Shown here: piece after piece, positions 1 to 13,816 of the stretch | Position numbering within the stretch: position 1 is the stretch's first letter | Layout: every line of letters begins with the position of its first letter | Origin: Geosiphon pyriformis uo1 | Taxonomy: Eukaryota; Fungi; Glomeromycota | Direction of reading: 5' to 3' | NCBI GenBank assembly: GCA_016748015.1 | Contig: JAAOMT010000603.1 | Location: 29,008 to 93,007, forward strand | DNA length: 64,000 nt | Program-made: the position numbers and the translations under genes | Notes under the pieces: model-generated | Told to the model about the DNA's origin: nothing | What the model saw: the letters and a program-made list of their open reading frames with translations, nothing else | The model's database searches: none

Positions 1-1320
1 CATGATGCGCTGCTTTAATTAAAGACGGATAGGATTGAAAAAGGTTAAAAACGTTTTAGGCTGTTAGCAAAATCAGTTTTTATCTTCTTTTTTTTTTGCC
101 CACAACCCCTCGAGTAATATCATTGGCTATAATTTTCTACTTATTAAAATTAATCATGAGATTTAATAAAATTATTATTGATTTTAAAAAATTAAATTTA
201 TACTACTTTTTTAATAATTATTTTCCGTTTTGAGGAAATTAATTATTAAAAAAGTAGTAATGTTACAATTTAATTATGCATTATTTGCAAAATAACTTTT
301 TTATATATTATTATTAAAATTAACAATTTGAATATAATAAACATTTTTTAATTATTTTATTTTATTTTATTTTTAAACAATATAAATTTATAAAAACAAA
401 AGTTTTTTAATTTTTAAGCATAATTTTAATTATTTTATTTTATTTAACAACTACTACTTATTATAATATAATTATAAAAATTTTTAAAATAAGTATAGCT
501 TATATTTTTTTATATATTAATTATTTAACTAATTAAGATTATATAGCGTTAATAATATCTATGTGTTTACAAAATTTCTTAAAAAACAGTCACAAACTAA
601 CAGCAAAACCAGAACCAATATAATGCTTTTCAATAAAACTTTTATTACAATTATATTTTTTAAAGTTAAGCTTAAAACAACTATAAACATCAATTAAAAC
701 TGACTTATTATTAGCAACCAATTCTTTTTTTATTATTATTAACTCTAAGCTTAAAATTTAATAACTAAATATTTAATTTGTAATATATAATAAAATTATA
801 AACAAAGTTTATTATATACAAACTAGTTTTATTATTATTATTTAATATTAAAAGTAATTCAAAAAATCAATTCTTGAAAACGAAATCTTTATTAAAACAG
901 TCTTTAATAATAGTTTTTTTTACAACAAAATCAAAAAAATATGATTAAAGTCTTTACATATATATTGTAATAAATATAGTTTAAGCTTAAATATCTGGAA
1001 TTAAAAAGCCTCTTCTTTGAACTTTTTTGTCAAAAATTTGTACAATTGGTTTTCCAACCAGCAAAACTCATAAAATCAAACAAGTTTTTTATATACTAAC
1101 TATTTTTCATCAAGAGAAATCTCTTTTTAATTTTAACAGATAACACAAAACTTCAAATTTATAGCATTATGTCAACATGATTATTGCCTACGACATTCAA
1201 ACTTAAAACAACTTGGAAAATCAAAAAATCTGCCAGATCGTCATGATCTACAGATAAAAACAAAATTTAAATTGTTTCTAAATTTATCGTGTTCAAGAAC
1301 ATCCAACTTGAAAACGCGTA

Positions 1321-4186
<2,866 letters not shown>

Positions 4187-4535
4187 CCCGACTTTTTCCT
4201 GATATATATGTTTCAGGGCAAAATGAAAATTTCTACTGCATAAACAATTTTCCCTCGTCTTACTACTTATAATACTTTTTGAATTGTATCTTCAGCCTTT
4301 TGCTAAATTATTTGGTCAAATCATTGAGGCATCTAGTAAAACAACAAATCGTATTGACCGATTATGATAAATTTAGTCGGGACAGTATTTTTGGATAAAA
4401 CTCGTTAGGGATCTAGTGGGAAAAGATTTTCAGTACTGCTTTAGTAAATGAAGATTATATTAGAAAATCACATGATTGATATTTTTTATCGAGTAAGTAA
4501 ATCAAGATTTGGATTGAACACTTTTTCTTTGTGTC

Positions 4536-5512
4536 ATGGACCCGCCGCAAAAAAAAAGCCTTTTAAAACCAAGGTATGGAAGGTTTAATGGAGTGTTTCA
4601 GATCTAAAGAGTTACTCGGTTTTTTACACAAAATTCTTTGGAAAGATCTCGACTTGAAAACCCCTCGGAAACAGTTAATGTTTCTCGCCGCGCCATTTTT
4701 TTCAAAGATGTAGATGATGAACAGGAAGAGGGACAATTTAAAGCAAAAGCCACAAAATGCTTAGCCGAAAGACTACAGAGAGACTTGGAGATAGTTGAAC
4801 CAAATCTATCAGGTAGATCTTAATCGAACTGATAAAGAATTATACCGACATTGATCCAACCTGAAACAAGATAGATGTTGAAGATCGAGCAAAATCGGAT
4901 AAGGATCATAATTTAGAAGGACAAGGTATTTTCTAAAGATTGTGTAAAATATTAAACCTTAAATTTCTGAATATTATCATACTACTCACTTTCATATAGT
5001 ATTTCGCCTCTTTGCGCGAGATCCCCCCTCGAAGATTTCATTGGAATCATCTGCGATTGAAGCTTACAATTCTAAACTTAAAACTTTGCGACAGAAAATA
5101 GATTCTTATCAATTAAAGTAAATACTTTTTTCTGTTTTCTTGGATCCCATGTACATGACTTATTTTTTGAAAAAGTGATGAATTTGTGGTAGATAAGGAT
5201 ATCCCCAAAATTTGCGTGACCTCCCAATATATAATGGAACAATCCAAAATCCCCTGTGAACGCAATTTTTTTCCACACAAGGTGATACATGTATCATTCC
5301 AGGATACCAAACGTCAGAAACGAAATAAGCGGAAAAGGAGCAAGAAACAAAGAGACAAAGAAAAGCAAGGTATTCAGGATTTTCCTAACTTTGTCATTTT
5401 CATTAATTTCATTGAGCATAAATCATAATTGGGAGATATATTAGGTGATGCTCGACGACGATTTGGATATCCACAAGGCCTAAGAGGTAGAGGAATAAAT
5501 CATCGACGATAA
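4536..5512 (+). CDS. Small spliced protein with Lys/Arg-rich C-terminus, possibly DUF2011-like
   Basis: Six exons join in frame through GT-AG sites: MDPPQKKSLLKPR...VFRLFARDPP...ICVTSQYIMEQSKIPCERNFFPHKVIHV...KRQKRNKRKRSKK...RGRGINHRR*. The family call is by recollection of the FRLF and SKIP..P.KVIHV motifs only. Confidence 0.65.
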
Positions 5513-6194
5513 GGGATATAATCATTAAGGTATATATGTTTCAATAAATATTTTAAATATTGGACAAAATTGAATGGTACAAGGTTTGCTTGTTTTTGAC
5601 AAGATTTTGTGATATATTTTACGACTTGATCCTGTCCTTCCTTTTGTGGTGAAGGTACACCGATGAATATTCCTGCCACAGAATAATTAAATCATGAGTC
5701 CGCTGCAATTTGTTTCTAGACAGGATTGAAAATTTCAAAATCTCTCAAGGTTAGTATTTTCTGAGGAATTTACCTATTCTTCAGTGTTCATGTCTTAGAC
5801 TGAAATAATTATCGAATTAATTGTCAATCTTCGCACCTCTGAAGGTGAGTCCTAATTATTATTACCCAATAGATAAAAGTGAGAATTAAAACAAAATGTT
5901 GCAAGAGCAACGCTTGTATCATAGTTTCCATAAGACAACTGAATACCATCTGATGGACTTTTTGGCCGTTACCGAAAGTTCACCTTTGAGCCATTTGAAA
6001 GCATCTCACACGGGAATAATTAATGATCTGAAGCATTATCGCATTTTATTAGAAATTTATTGAGGCGTTATATTGTAGAGGATGGCTTATAGCTTCAGTC
6101 TTATATCGCCCCGAAATGAACATTCCCAATCTGGTAATCGTGGATTATGTGAGGACAAATCATAAATATAGACGAAAGCATTTTAATGATTGTC

Positions 6195-8026
6195 TTATGC
6201 ATAATAAGAATTTATAATTTTCCAAATCAACATAGTCATTGCCAAAGAGATTAGAGATACAAGTATGGGGCCGATAAATGAAAAAGAATTACGCGGTTCT
6301 TGGACAACTCGCTTCAATATATCTTCCAAAGTAGTTATGAAAGCAGTTAAAGAAAAGGAATCTTTCACGTGTTTTCTTCCATTATCCCCCATAAGTTCAC
6401 GGTCGAATTGCCCATTCAAGATGGAGGCTATAGATTGTGAAAAAGATTCTGGTGTCGGTTCACATAAAAATCCCGTTTCACCATCAATTACAGTTTCCTT
6501 TGGTCCTCCATTATTCACAGCTATCACTGGAAGTCTAGCGTACATAGCTTCTATCGGTACGATTCCGAAATGTTCATTCGATGGTGTATATAGGAGGCAG
6601 ATGGCACTCGAAAGTAAGAAATTTCTTTGTAGCTCAGTAAAAGAACATAGAAACACAACTTGAGTAGACTCTGGAGGCGAATTAAATGACCCAGGATTAA
6701 TACTAAATGTTTCAAGGTCAAGTTGAATGGCAATTTGTTCCAGCTCAAGATGATGCTCTACGTTTTCTTGAACACGAAAATCAAAACCCCCTGAAAAGAA
6801 TATATATTAATATAAGAGAAAAACTAACTCTAAGATTCTATCACTCATCCCTACCAGCAATTATTAACCGAAGATTGTCAAATTCACCATCGGAGACCAA
6901 TTGATTGTTTCGCAAAGCAGCAAAAGCCTTAATTGCAAGAGAGATATTCTTTTTTCTTTCAAAGCGATTGATTGAAAGTATAATTTTTTTTCGACTTGTA
7001 AAATCCATTAGGAGTGTATCATTAATTTAGAATTTCAATAAAAATGATATATTTTAATAAAATGTGGAGTAAATCTCTTACCTTTCCAAAATTCTTACTT
7101 CAACTTTACTGGGAATGTCCCTATCATAAGAATCTAAATTTATACCAGGGTATAAAACTTGTGGAATTCTTTTAATATTAGGGAAGGAGAGACTGAAAAT
7201 CTTTGCTGTAAAACGGCTGTTCACAACAATGCAATCTGAGATTCCTAGAAAATAAATAGACCTGTTAGTATAGCCTAAATTAAAAGCATTGAGAAATATC
7301 TGTTACTTGCCAGTTGTTACCTCTTCAAACTTATCAACGGGTAACCTATAGAGTTTTTTCAAAATTGATTCTCGCCGTGTCAATAGTTTATCAGGAAAAT
7401 GGCAATAAAATAAAATCTAAAATTTTCAATGTATTAAAATTAGTCAGAAAAAACCGTGACAGAGAGAGTTGGCTCGATCAAAAACATATTACCTTGGCCC
7501 CAGTCCAGCTTAATATTGGTACACTGGCGGACAATTGATCAACAAAGATAACATCAAATTTCTGTCTATCCCAATAAAGTAGTGCAAGTGTCAAATGAAA
7601 TTGTCGCAAGATGGCGCAAACTATGTAGAAGGAACCAAATATAGTACGCGGTATAACCGAGTTACCACGAACACGGACTTCAAGAGTGCCTGGTTGGAAA
7701 AAATGTAATTAATACAGTCTAAGAGTTCCAAAACTCAATAACACGAAAGTGGCAAAGAAGTGGAAACGTTAACCATTTTTTGTTTCTTCGAAACAATGTG
7801 CTGGGTCATGGTACATAGTGTATATAGTTACTTTATGGCCTCTTGACTGAAGGCCTAAAGCAGCGTCAACTACCAATCGTTCAGCACCTCCTAGGAAAAG
7901 TACAGTTTAAAAGTTAAAACCACCCGGACATCAAGCCTAAAGAGTGACTATTCATTCAATCCTAAGGCTACCTATGCCGAGATCGGGGTGTACGAAACCA
8001 ACATTCAAAAATTTTGTGGTAGACAT
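6195..8026 (-). CDS. ALG2: Alpha-1,3/1,6-mannosyltransferase ALG2 (GT4), multi-exon
   Basis: HPDLGIG|[63 protein letters not shown]-terminal hydrophobic helix. Confidence 0.95.
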
Positions 8027-8170
8027 GACCCTGCAAACTGGGCTTAGTTCGAAGGTTCGTCAGAGTTAAATATGTCATTACTGCACAGCGCACAGGAAAA
8101 TTGTGCAATTTTCATAAGAATGGATCATGTCACACATCAAGAGATTCTGTTGACTGATTTTCTAAATATT
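8027..8170. promoter_or_regulatory. Very short divergent intergenic region (probable bidirectional promoter) between ALG2 and the CLC gene
   Basis: Start codons at 8026 (-) and 8171 (+) are 144 bp apart. Confidence 0.55.
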
Positions 8171-11100
8171 ATGTCTTCCTCTATCAGAGAGCAAGAAACC
8201 AGAAATCTTTTCTTGTCCAGAATTTATGGGTTTGTATTAAACTTTAGAAACAGTATTATTAAGAATTTATAACACAACTTACTTTTTTCAATAGAATTTG
8301 GGACTCTTTTCGACAACTTGAGTATACTAAACTTGGGGAAAGTACCTCTTCACCTTCAATAATACCTTTATCACCTATCACACCGCAAACATCAACCTTT
8401 AGTAATGACAATCATAATAATAGTAACTATGATAAAGGATTAGAGAATATAAAACGATACGAAGATTTTACCACAATAGGTAATTAATTCGATATAAATT
8501 AATCAACATTAATTTGATTTGAGAAAATAAACTTCGGTCCTGAAAATAAGAATAAACATCCCAGAAATATTTTCTACAAAGACAAATATTGTCATCAACA
8601 CTAAATCGGATCAAAATATTTATATCACATTTTTAGATTGGGTTCAAGAAGCCGTACGTGAACGAACACGACAAAACGCATTAAAAGCAGCGGCAAATGA
8701 AAATCGTTCTTCGTGGATTACATGGTTTTGGCTATATTACGAAGCCTTACAAGTCTGGATCGTTGTTTCTATCGTTGGTTTGTATAGCATTACAAGTTTT
8801 CTCTGTATTACTCATTATTTCTCAATATATTCTTTGTAATAAATCATTAGGCTCTCTGATTGGACTCAACGCAGGATTAATTGATATCACTACTGAATGG
8901 TTGTCAGACATCAAATTAGGCTATTGTAGAAATTCATGGTGGTTAAACCAAAAATTTTGTTGTTTGGAACAAGAAGGTAAAAAAATCATTTTTTTAGTAT
9001 AATTGATCCTTACTTTTATTTCTAAATCGATTCTTTTTTGTATAAAAAACAGATGGCTCTTGCGAGGAATGGAAACTTTGGTCTAGATTTTTTATAATCA
9101 ATTGGATATTTTATATAACTTTCGCCGTACGTGGTGTTATTCAAAAATTCTTGATCAAAATTATTAATCTTTTAATATGTCATTGCTCACAAATAACATA
9201 ATTTCCCTAATTATTTCTTAATAGACTACATTCGCCGCCGTCTGCGCCCATTTAATACGAAGTTTTGCACCTTATGCTGCCGGTTCGGGAATCGCAGAAA
9301 TCAAATGTATTTTGGCAGGCTTTGTAATGAAAGGATTTTTGGGAAGTTGGACTTTGCTTCTAAAAAGCGTTGGTCTGGTGAGTCTTAACTTCTTTGAATA
9401 TGATATATTGATTTCTTGCTAAGACAGCTAATTCAAAGCTCCTATTTAGCCCCTCGCAATTGCATCAGGTTTGAGTGTTGGTAATGAAGGCCCATCGGTG
9501 CATACAGCATCATGTATCGGAAATGTCATTTCGAGAATGTTTGGGCAATACAAGGGGAATAAAGGTTGAATTTAATTTTAAGATGTGAATATTTAGATGG
9601 ATGCTTAACGTATTATTTTTGATTACCAGCAAAAAAGCGGGAAATATTATCGGCCTCATGTGCCGCTGGAGTAGCCGTTGCTTTTGGTTCTCCCATCGGA
9701 GGTGTTTTATTCTCTTTTGAAGTAAGGTTGAAACTCGTGAAATCTTGATTTTTTTAATTTATATTTAAAAAAATCAATATACCTTATTGTAACATTCAGG
9801 AAATGAGCTCTAATTTTCCCATGAAAACAATGTGGCGAAGTTTTTTTTGTGCTTTGGTGGCCACCGCTGTGCTACAGGTATATTAAATATTCATTTGCGA
9901 TCATTTTTCTTCAAATATTTCATGGTAATTTTTTTCAAAGGGTATGAATCCATTTCGAACCGGGAAACTTGTACTGTTTCAAGTAACATATGATCGTACA
10001 TGGCATTTCTTTGAGATCATATTTTTTGCACTCCTCGGTATTTTTGGGGTAAGGAATTGCTATCAATTTTGAAATTTTTTTACTTTTGATTATTTGATTA
10101 ATCAATATTTTTTTATTTATAGGGATTATACGGGGCCTTTGTGACAAAATACAATTTAAAAGTTCAAGCTTACCGCAAAAAGTATTTAAAAGAACATGGA
10201 GTCGCCGAAGCGATTATTCTTGCATTTCTTACAACCTTGATAGGATATCTCAATATTTTTATGAGATTGGACATGAAAGAAACATTGGGCATTTTATTTA
10301 GAGAATGTGAAGAAGGAGTAGGGGATTATGAAGGCTTATGTCGGTAAATCTCTCAAATATATATTATAGGATTTTTTCAGAAGTTGTATCAATCTTGCAA
10401 TTATTATTTTTAGACGAGCTGAAATGACTAGGATGGCCTGGCTCTTATTTATCGCAACTATTCTTCGGACTGGCTTTGTGATAATAACTTATGGTGCAAA
10501 AGTAAATTCAAAGTATAATAAATAAATTCCCTTTGATAAAACGTCCCATTTGCTAATGAACTCCCCATCTAACCTTCAGGTGCCTGCTGGCATATTTATT
10601 CCATCAATGACTGTTGGTGCCACATTTGGACGATTTGTCGGCATCATAGTAAAATCTATACACTTGTACGTTGCACCTAAATTATATATCATCTTATTAA
10701 CTGAGAACAGTGCTGACATTCTCACGTATCCAAACTGATGGCAATCAAGATATGAACTGATCCTGGTCTAGCAAAACTGAAACGATACCAGGTCCGTATC
10801 GTATGATCGTACTGATACAGCTTTGGTCTCGTTACAGCTTGCATTTATACAATTCCTGGAATCAGTATAATTGTATCAATACCAGGATCAATCGATCTCT
10901 TAATCATCATCATTTCAACAATTTTTTCAATTAATTGGCCGATAATCTGCAGCGTAATATCAACTACCGAAATCAACGCTTTCTTTGAGGACACTGATTT
11001 CGAGGACCTCATCTAGTTTGATAATCGTTTCTCGATGCCAGTTACATCGCCCACTGGGTATACAATAATTTATTGCATAAACAGATCACTTAAATAACCT

Positions 11101-12761
11101 TCCATTACTCAAATTTAGGTCTTATCCTAAATTTCCGTTATTTTCCAGCTGTAAGCCGGATGTGCCAGTGAGTGCTGGGTATTTTCATTACCAATATGTC
11201 TATAATTCAATTTTCGAAACTGATTTCTTTGATCCTTATAGTGTATCACTCCAGGAATGTACGCATTCTTAGGTGCTGCAGCTGCTTTAGGGTTAGTAGG
11301 AATTAATTCATTATTCAATATTTTTTACCTTAATTTGCTTAAATCTTTAAAATTTTCTTTTCTAATACCCAAATTTCAGTGGGATCATGCATCTTACAGG
11401 TAATTGCTTAACTAATCAGATTTCAGTTATTAATGTATGAGGTTAACATAATGGTTTTTATAGTATGCGTTGTTGTCATCATGTTCGAACTGACTGGTGC
11501 TTTGACTTATATTTTACCAACAATGGTAAAATTTTCACAATAAAACATTACCTGGCTTAATTAAACTATTCCATTTTATAAATTTCTTTCACTACTATTG
11601 TAGATTACTCTTATGATCACAAAGACAATCGGCGATTTCTTTGGAAAAGGGGGGATATATCCTTCATTTTTTGATTTTTAATTTATGTTACAATTTTAAG
11701 CTACATGATTCCTTAATAGATTCCTTTAATACTGCTGATCAAATGATTCGTTTAAACGGGTATCCCTTCTTGCATAAAGAGGAATATTCATTTGGGGTTT
11801 CAGGCAAGTAATTCGTCCTGAAAGCTCGATAGTTTATTCACATTTTAACTTACTTTATATTTTAGTTGGGGAGGTTATGCAAAAGGATCTCATGGTTATG
11901 ACTTCTGGCCAACGCTTGGATGAAATTGGTATCATAAATATTTTATTATTCTTGTTTCCCTGATTTAAATTTAATCTGTTCTGTTTTTCACCAAGATCAA
12001 ATATTACTCGAGAAAAATTATCAAGGATTCCCTGTAGTGAAAAATAAGGAGAGTATGATTTTAGTAGGGTATATAGGACGTTCTGAATTAAAATATGTTA
12101 TAGGTGAGTTGAATATTTTAACTAAATTTCTTAATCCTATTAGTGAATAACCCTTATTTCAAATTTTTCATTCAGACAAAGCTAAACGGATACACGGGAT
12201 CTCAAATGACGCTCAATGTTTTTTCAATCTAGAGGGAGCCAATTCTAATATCGATGGTAATGATATTAGCCAAAGCTCTTCGAGCTTTATAGACTTTGGT
12301 TCCTTTATTGATGAGGTGAAAATGTTTCTGGTTTTCATTTGCATATCTTTCAATGTCATCATTAATATTATGATTCATCGGCAGACTCCCATGTCTGTTC
12401 ATCCTCGATTGCCACTAGAAACAGTCGTAGATCTATTCAGAAAAATGGGGTAACTTCTAATTTTTTCTTGTCTAAATCACATTGATTTTAGGCTTCAAGG
12501 CTAAAAGATTATATAACTTTTAGACCCCGGGTTATTCTGATTGAATATATAGGAAAATTGGTGGGACTCATAACTGTGAAAGATGTGTTAAAATATATAG
12601 CCAAGAGGGAAGAAGCCGAAGAACTAGAAACTATTATACCAGATGCTAGTCAAACCTCGTATAGTGACGACGATGGACTGGAGCTAGTATCTAGAAATTC
12701 CAGAAAACAAGGTCTATCATTGTTGGAAATGGGTCGATTACAAACCAGTGAAGATAGTTAA
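8171..12761 (+). CDS. CLC-family chloride/proton transporter (ClC-3/4/5-Gef1 type) with C-terminal CBS domains, many exons
   Basis: RYEDFTTI|[50 protein letters not shown]|[22 protein letters not shown]|[28 protein letters not shown]. Confidence 0.93.
11657..11732 (+). other. U12-type (minor spliceosome) AT-AC intron in the CLC gene
   Basis: 5' end ATATCCTTC, branch-like TTCCTTAAT at 11709-11717, 3' end TAC. Removal restores [18 protein letters not shown] in frame. Confidence 0.92.
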
Positions 12762-12847
12762 CGCGAGATTACGTAGTATTTAGAGATTAATATATGCATC
12801 CTTGCTTGACAACATAATTCACATTTGTATATTGTAGCCAAAAATTT

Positions 12848-13494
12848 TCATTTTTTTTTGATTATATCAATAGAATGTTTCAAAAGATGTTTCATACGCT
12901 CAAACTCATGAAGTTGAGACACCTTTTCAACTATTTCCCTCGCATCGGTGACGTCTGATAAAGCACTATCTAAGCCTTTAGTCAGATCAATAAAATTTTT
13001 CTGCCAAAAAAAAAGGCTTTAGTCAAGTTGTACTGGAACTTCAAAGGAAGGAGAATCCAACCCACCTTTTCATCTACAAATTGTGGCACTCTTTTACGAA
13101 TATGTTCGCTCAAGTGATATAATTCCAAAGAGGAATCATTGATCAATTGACGTGTATACAGCTCAATATCCGTGCAAACTTTTGGTAATTGCCAATTGAT
13201 AAATGATCGTAAACATGGCCATAGAATGAGCAAGAGGCAAAGCACTCCAATAGAATGCTCAGAGGATCATTAAAAAGTTGTTGCTAATAAAATACATCCG
13301 GGAATTTTCCTTGATTTCCTATAAATCCAACTCGATAACGCACCTTTTTTCGATTTGTCTTTTAGCACAACTTGCTGGGCCTGGCCATCTATCAAGCGGA
13401 GGGTAGTCTCGCTCTCACTACCGTCAAAAGAGGAGGCAACGAGCGAAGTAAGCCTGGTTGAGATTTGATCAGTGTTTTTGGGAATGTAATTCAT
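12848..13494 (-). CDS. BORC subunit 8 (BORCS8/MEF2BNB)-like coiled-coil protein, 3 exons
   Basis: KDKSKK|VCTDIELYTRQLINDSSLELYHLSEHIRKRVPQFVDEK|KNFIDL...IIKKK* resembles the BORCS8 core (NEPS.ALYRLQEHVR..LP). An alternative in-frame ATG lies at 13536. Confidence 0.7.
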
Positions 13495-13816
13495 GGGAAA
13501 GTCGAAGAGGAAGTGAACCTCCGTATTTAAGACCATTATATTAAAACTTTGATAATAAAACTATTTCTATTAGTAAGCTACCCATAAATAGGATGATATA
13601 ACCAGAAGAAACTTAGATACGATCATCATCAAATGACTAAAGTTTCAGGTTAAATTCTTGTGTTTAGCATAGTGTCAAAGTTGAGCGGTTAAGAACAAAA
13701 CTATCAGGTAAGAAAGAGGGCTGTATGTAACTTTGGTTAAAGAAATTCGTTAACCTAGCTTGTTTAACATATAGTGGACTAAGGAATTTCAAGAAGAATA
13801 AGAGTAGGCTTGAGCA

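Noticed and set aside
5520-6190. Splice-like signals and short open frames between the second gene and ALG2
   Set aside because: No coherent spliced ORF could be built on either strand; probably UTR sequence.
7891-7971. ALG2 first intron donor GTAGCCTT resembling the U12 GTATCCTT
   Set aside because: Mismatch at the near-invariant +4 position and no clear TCCTTAAC branch; treated as U2-type.
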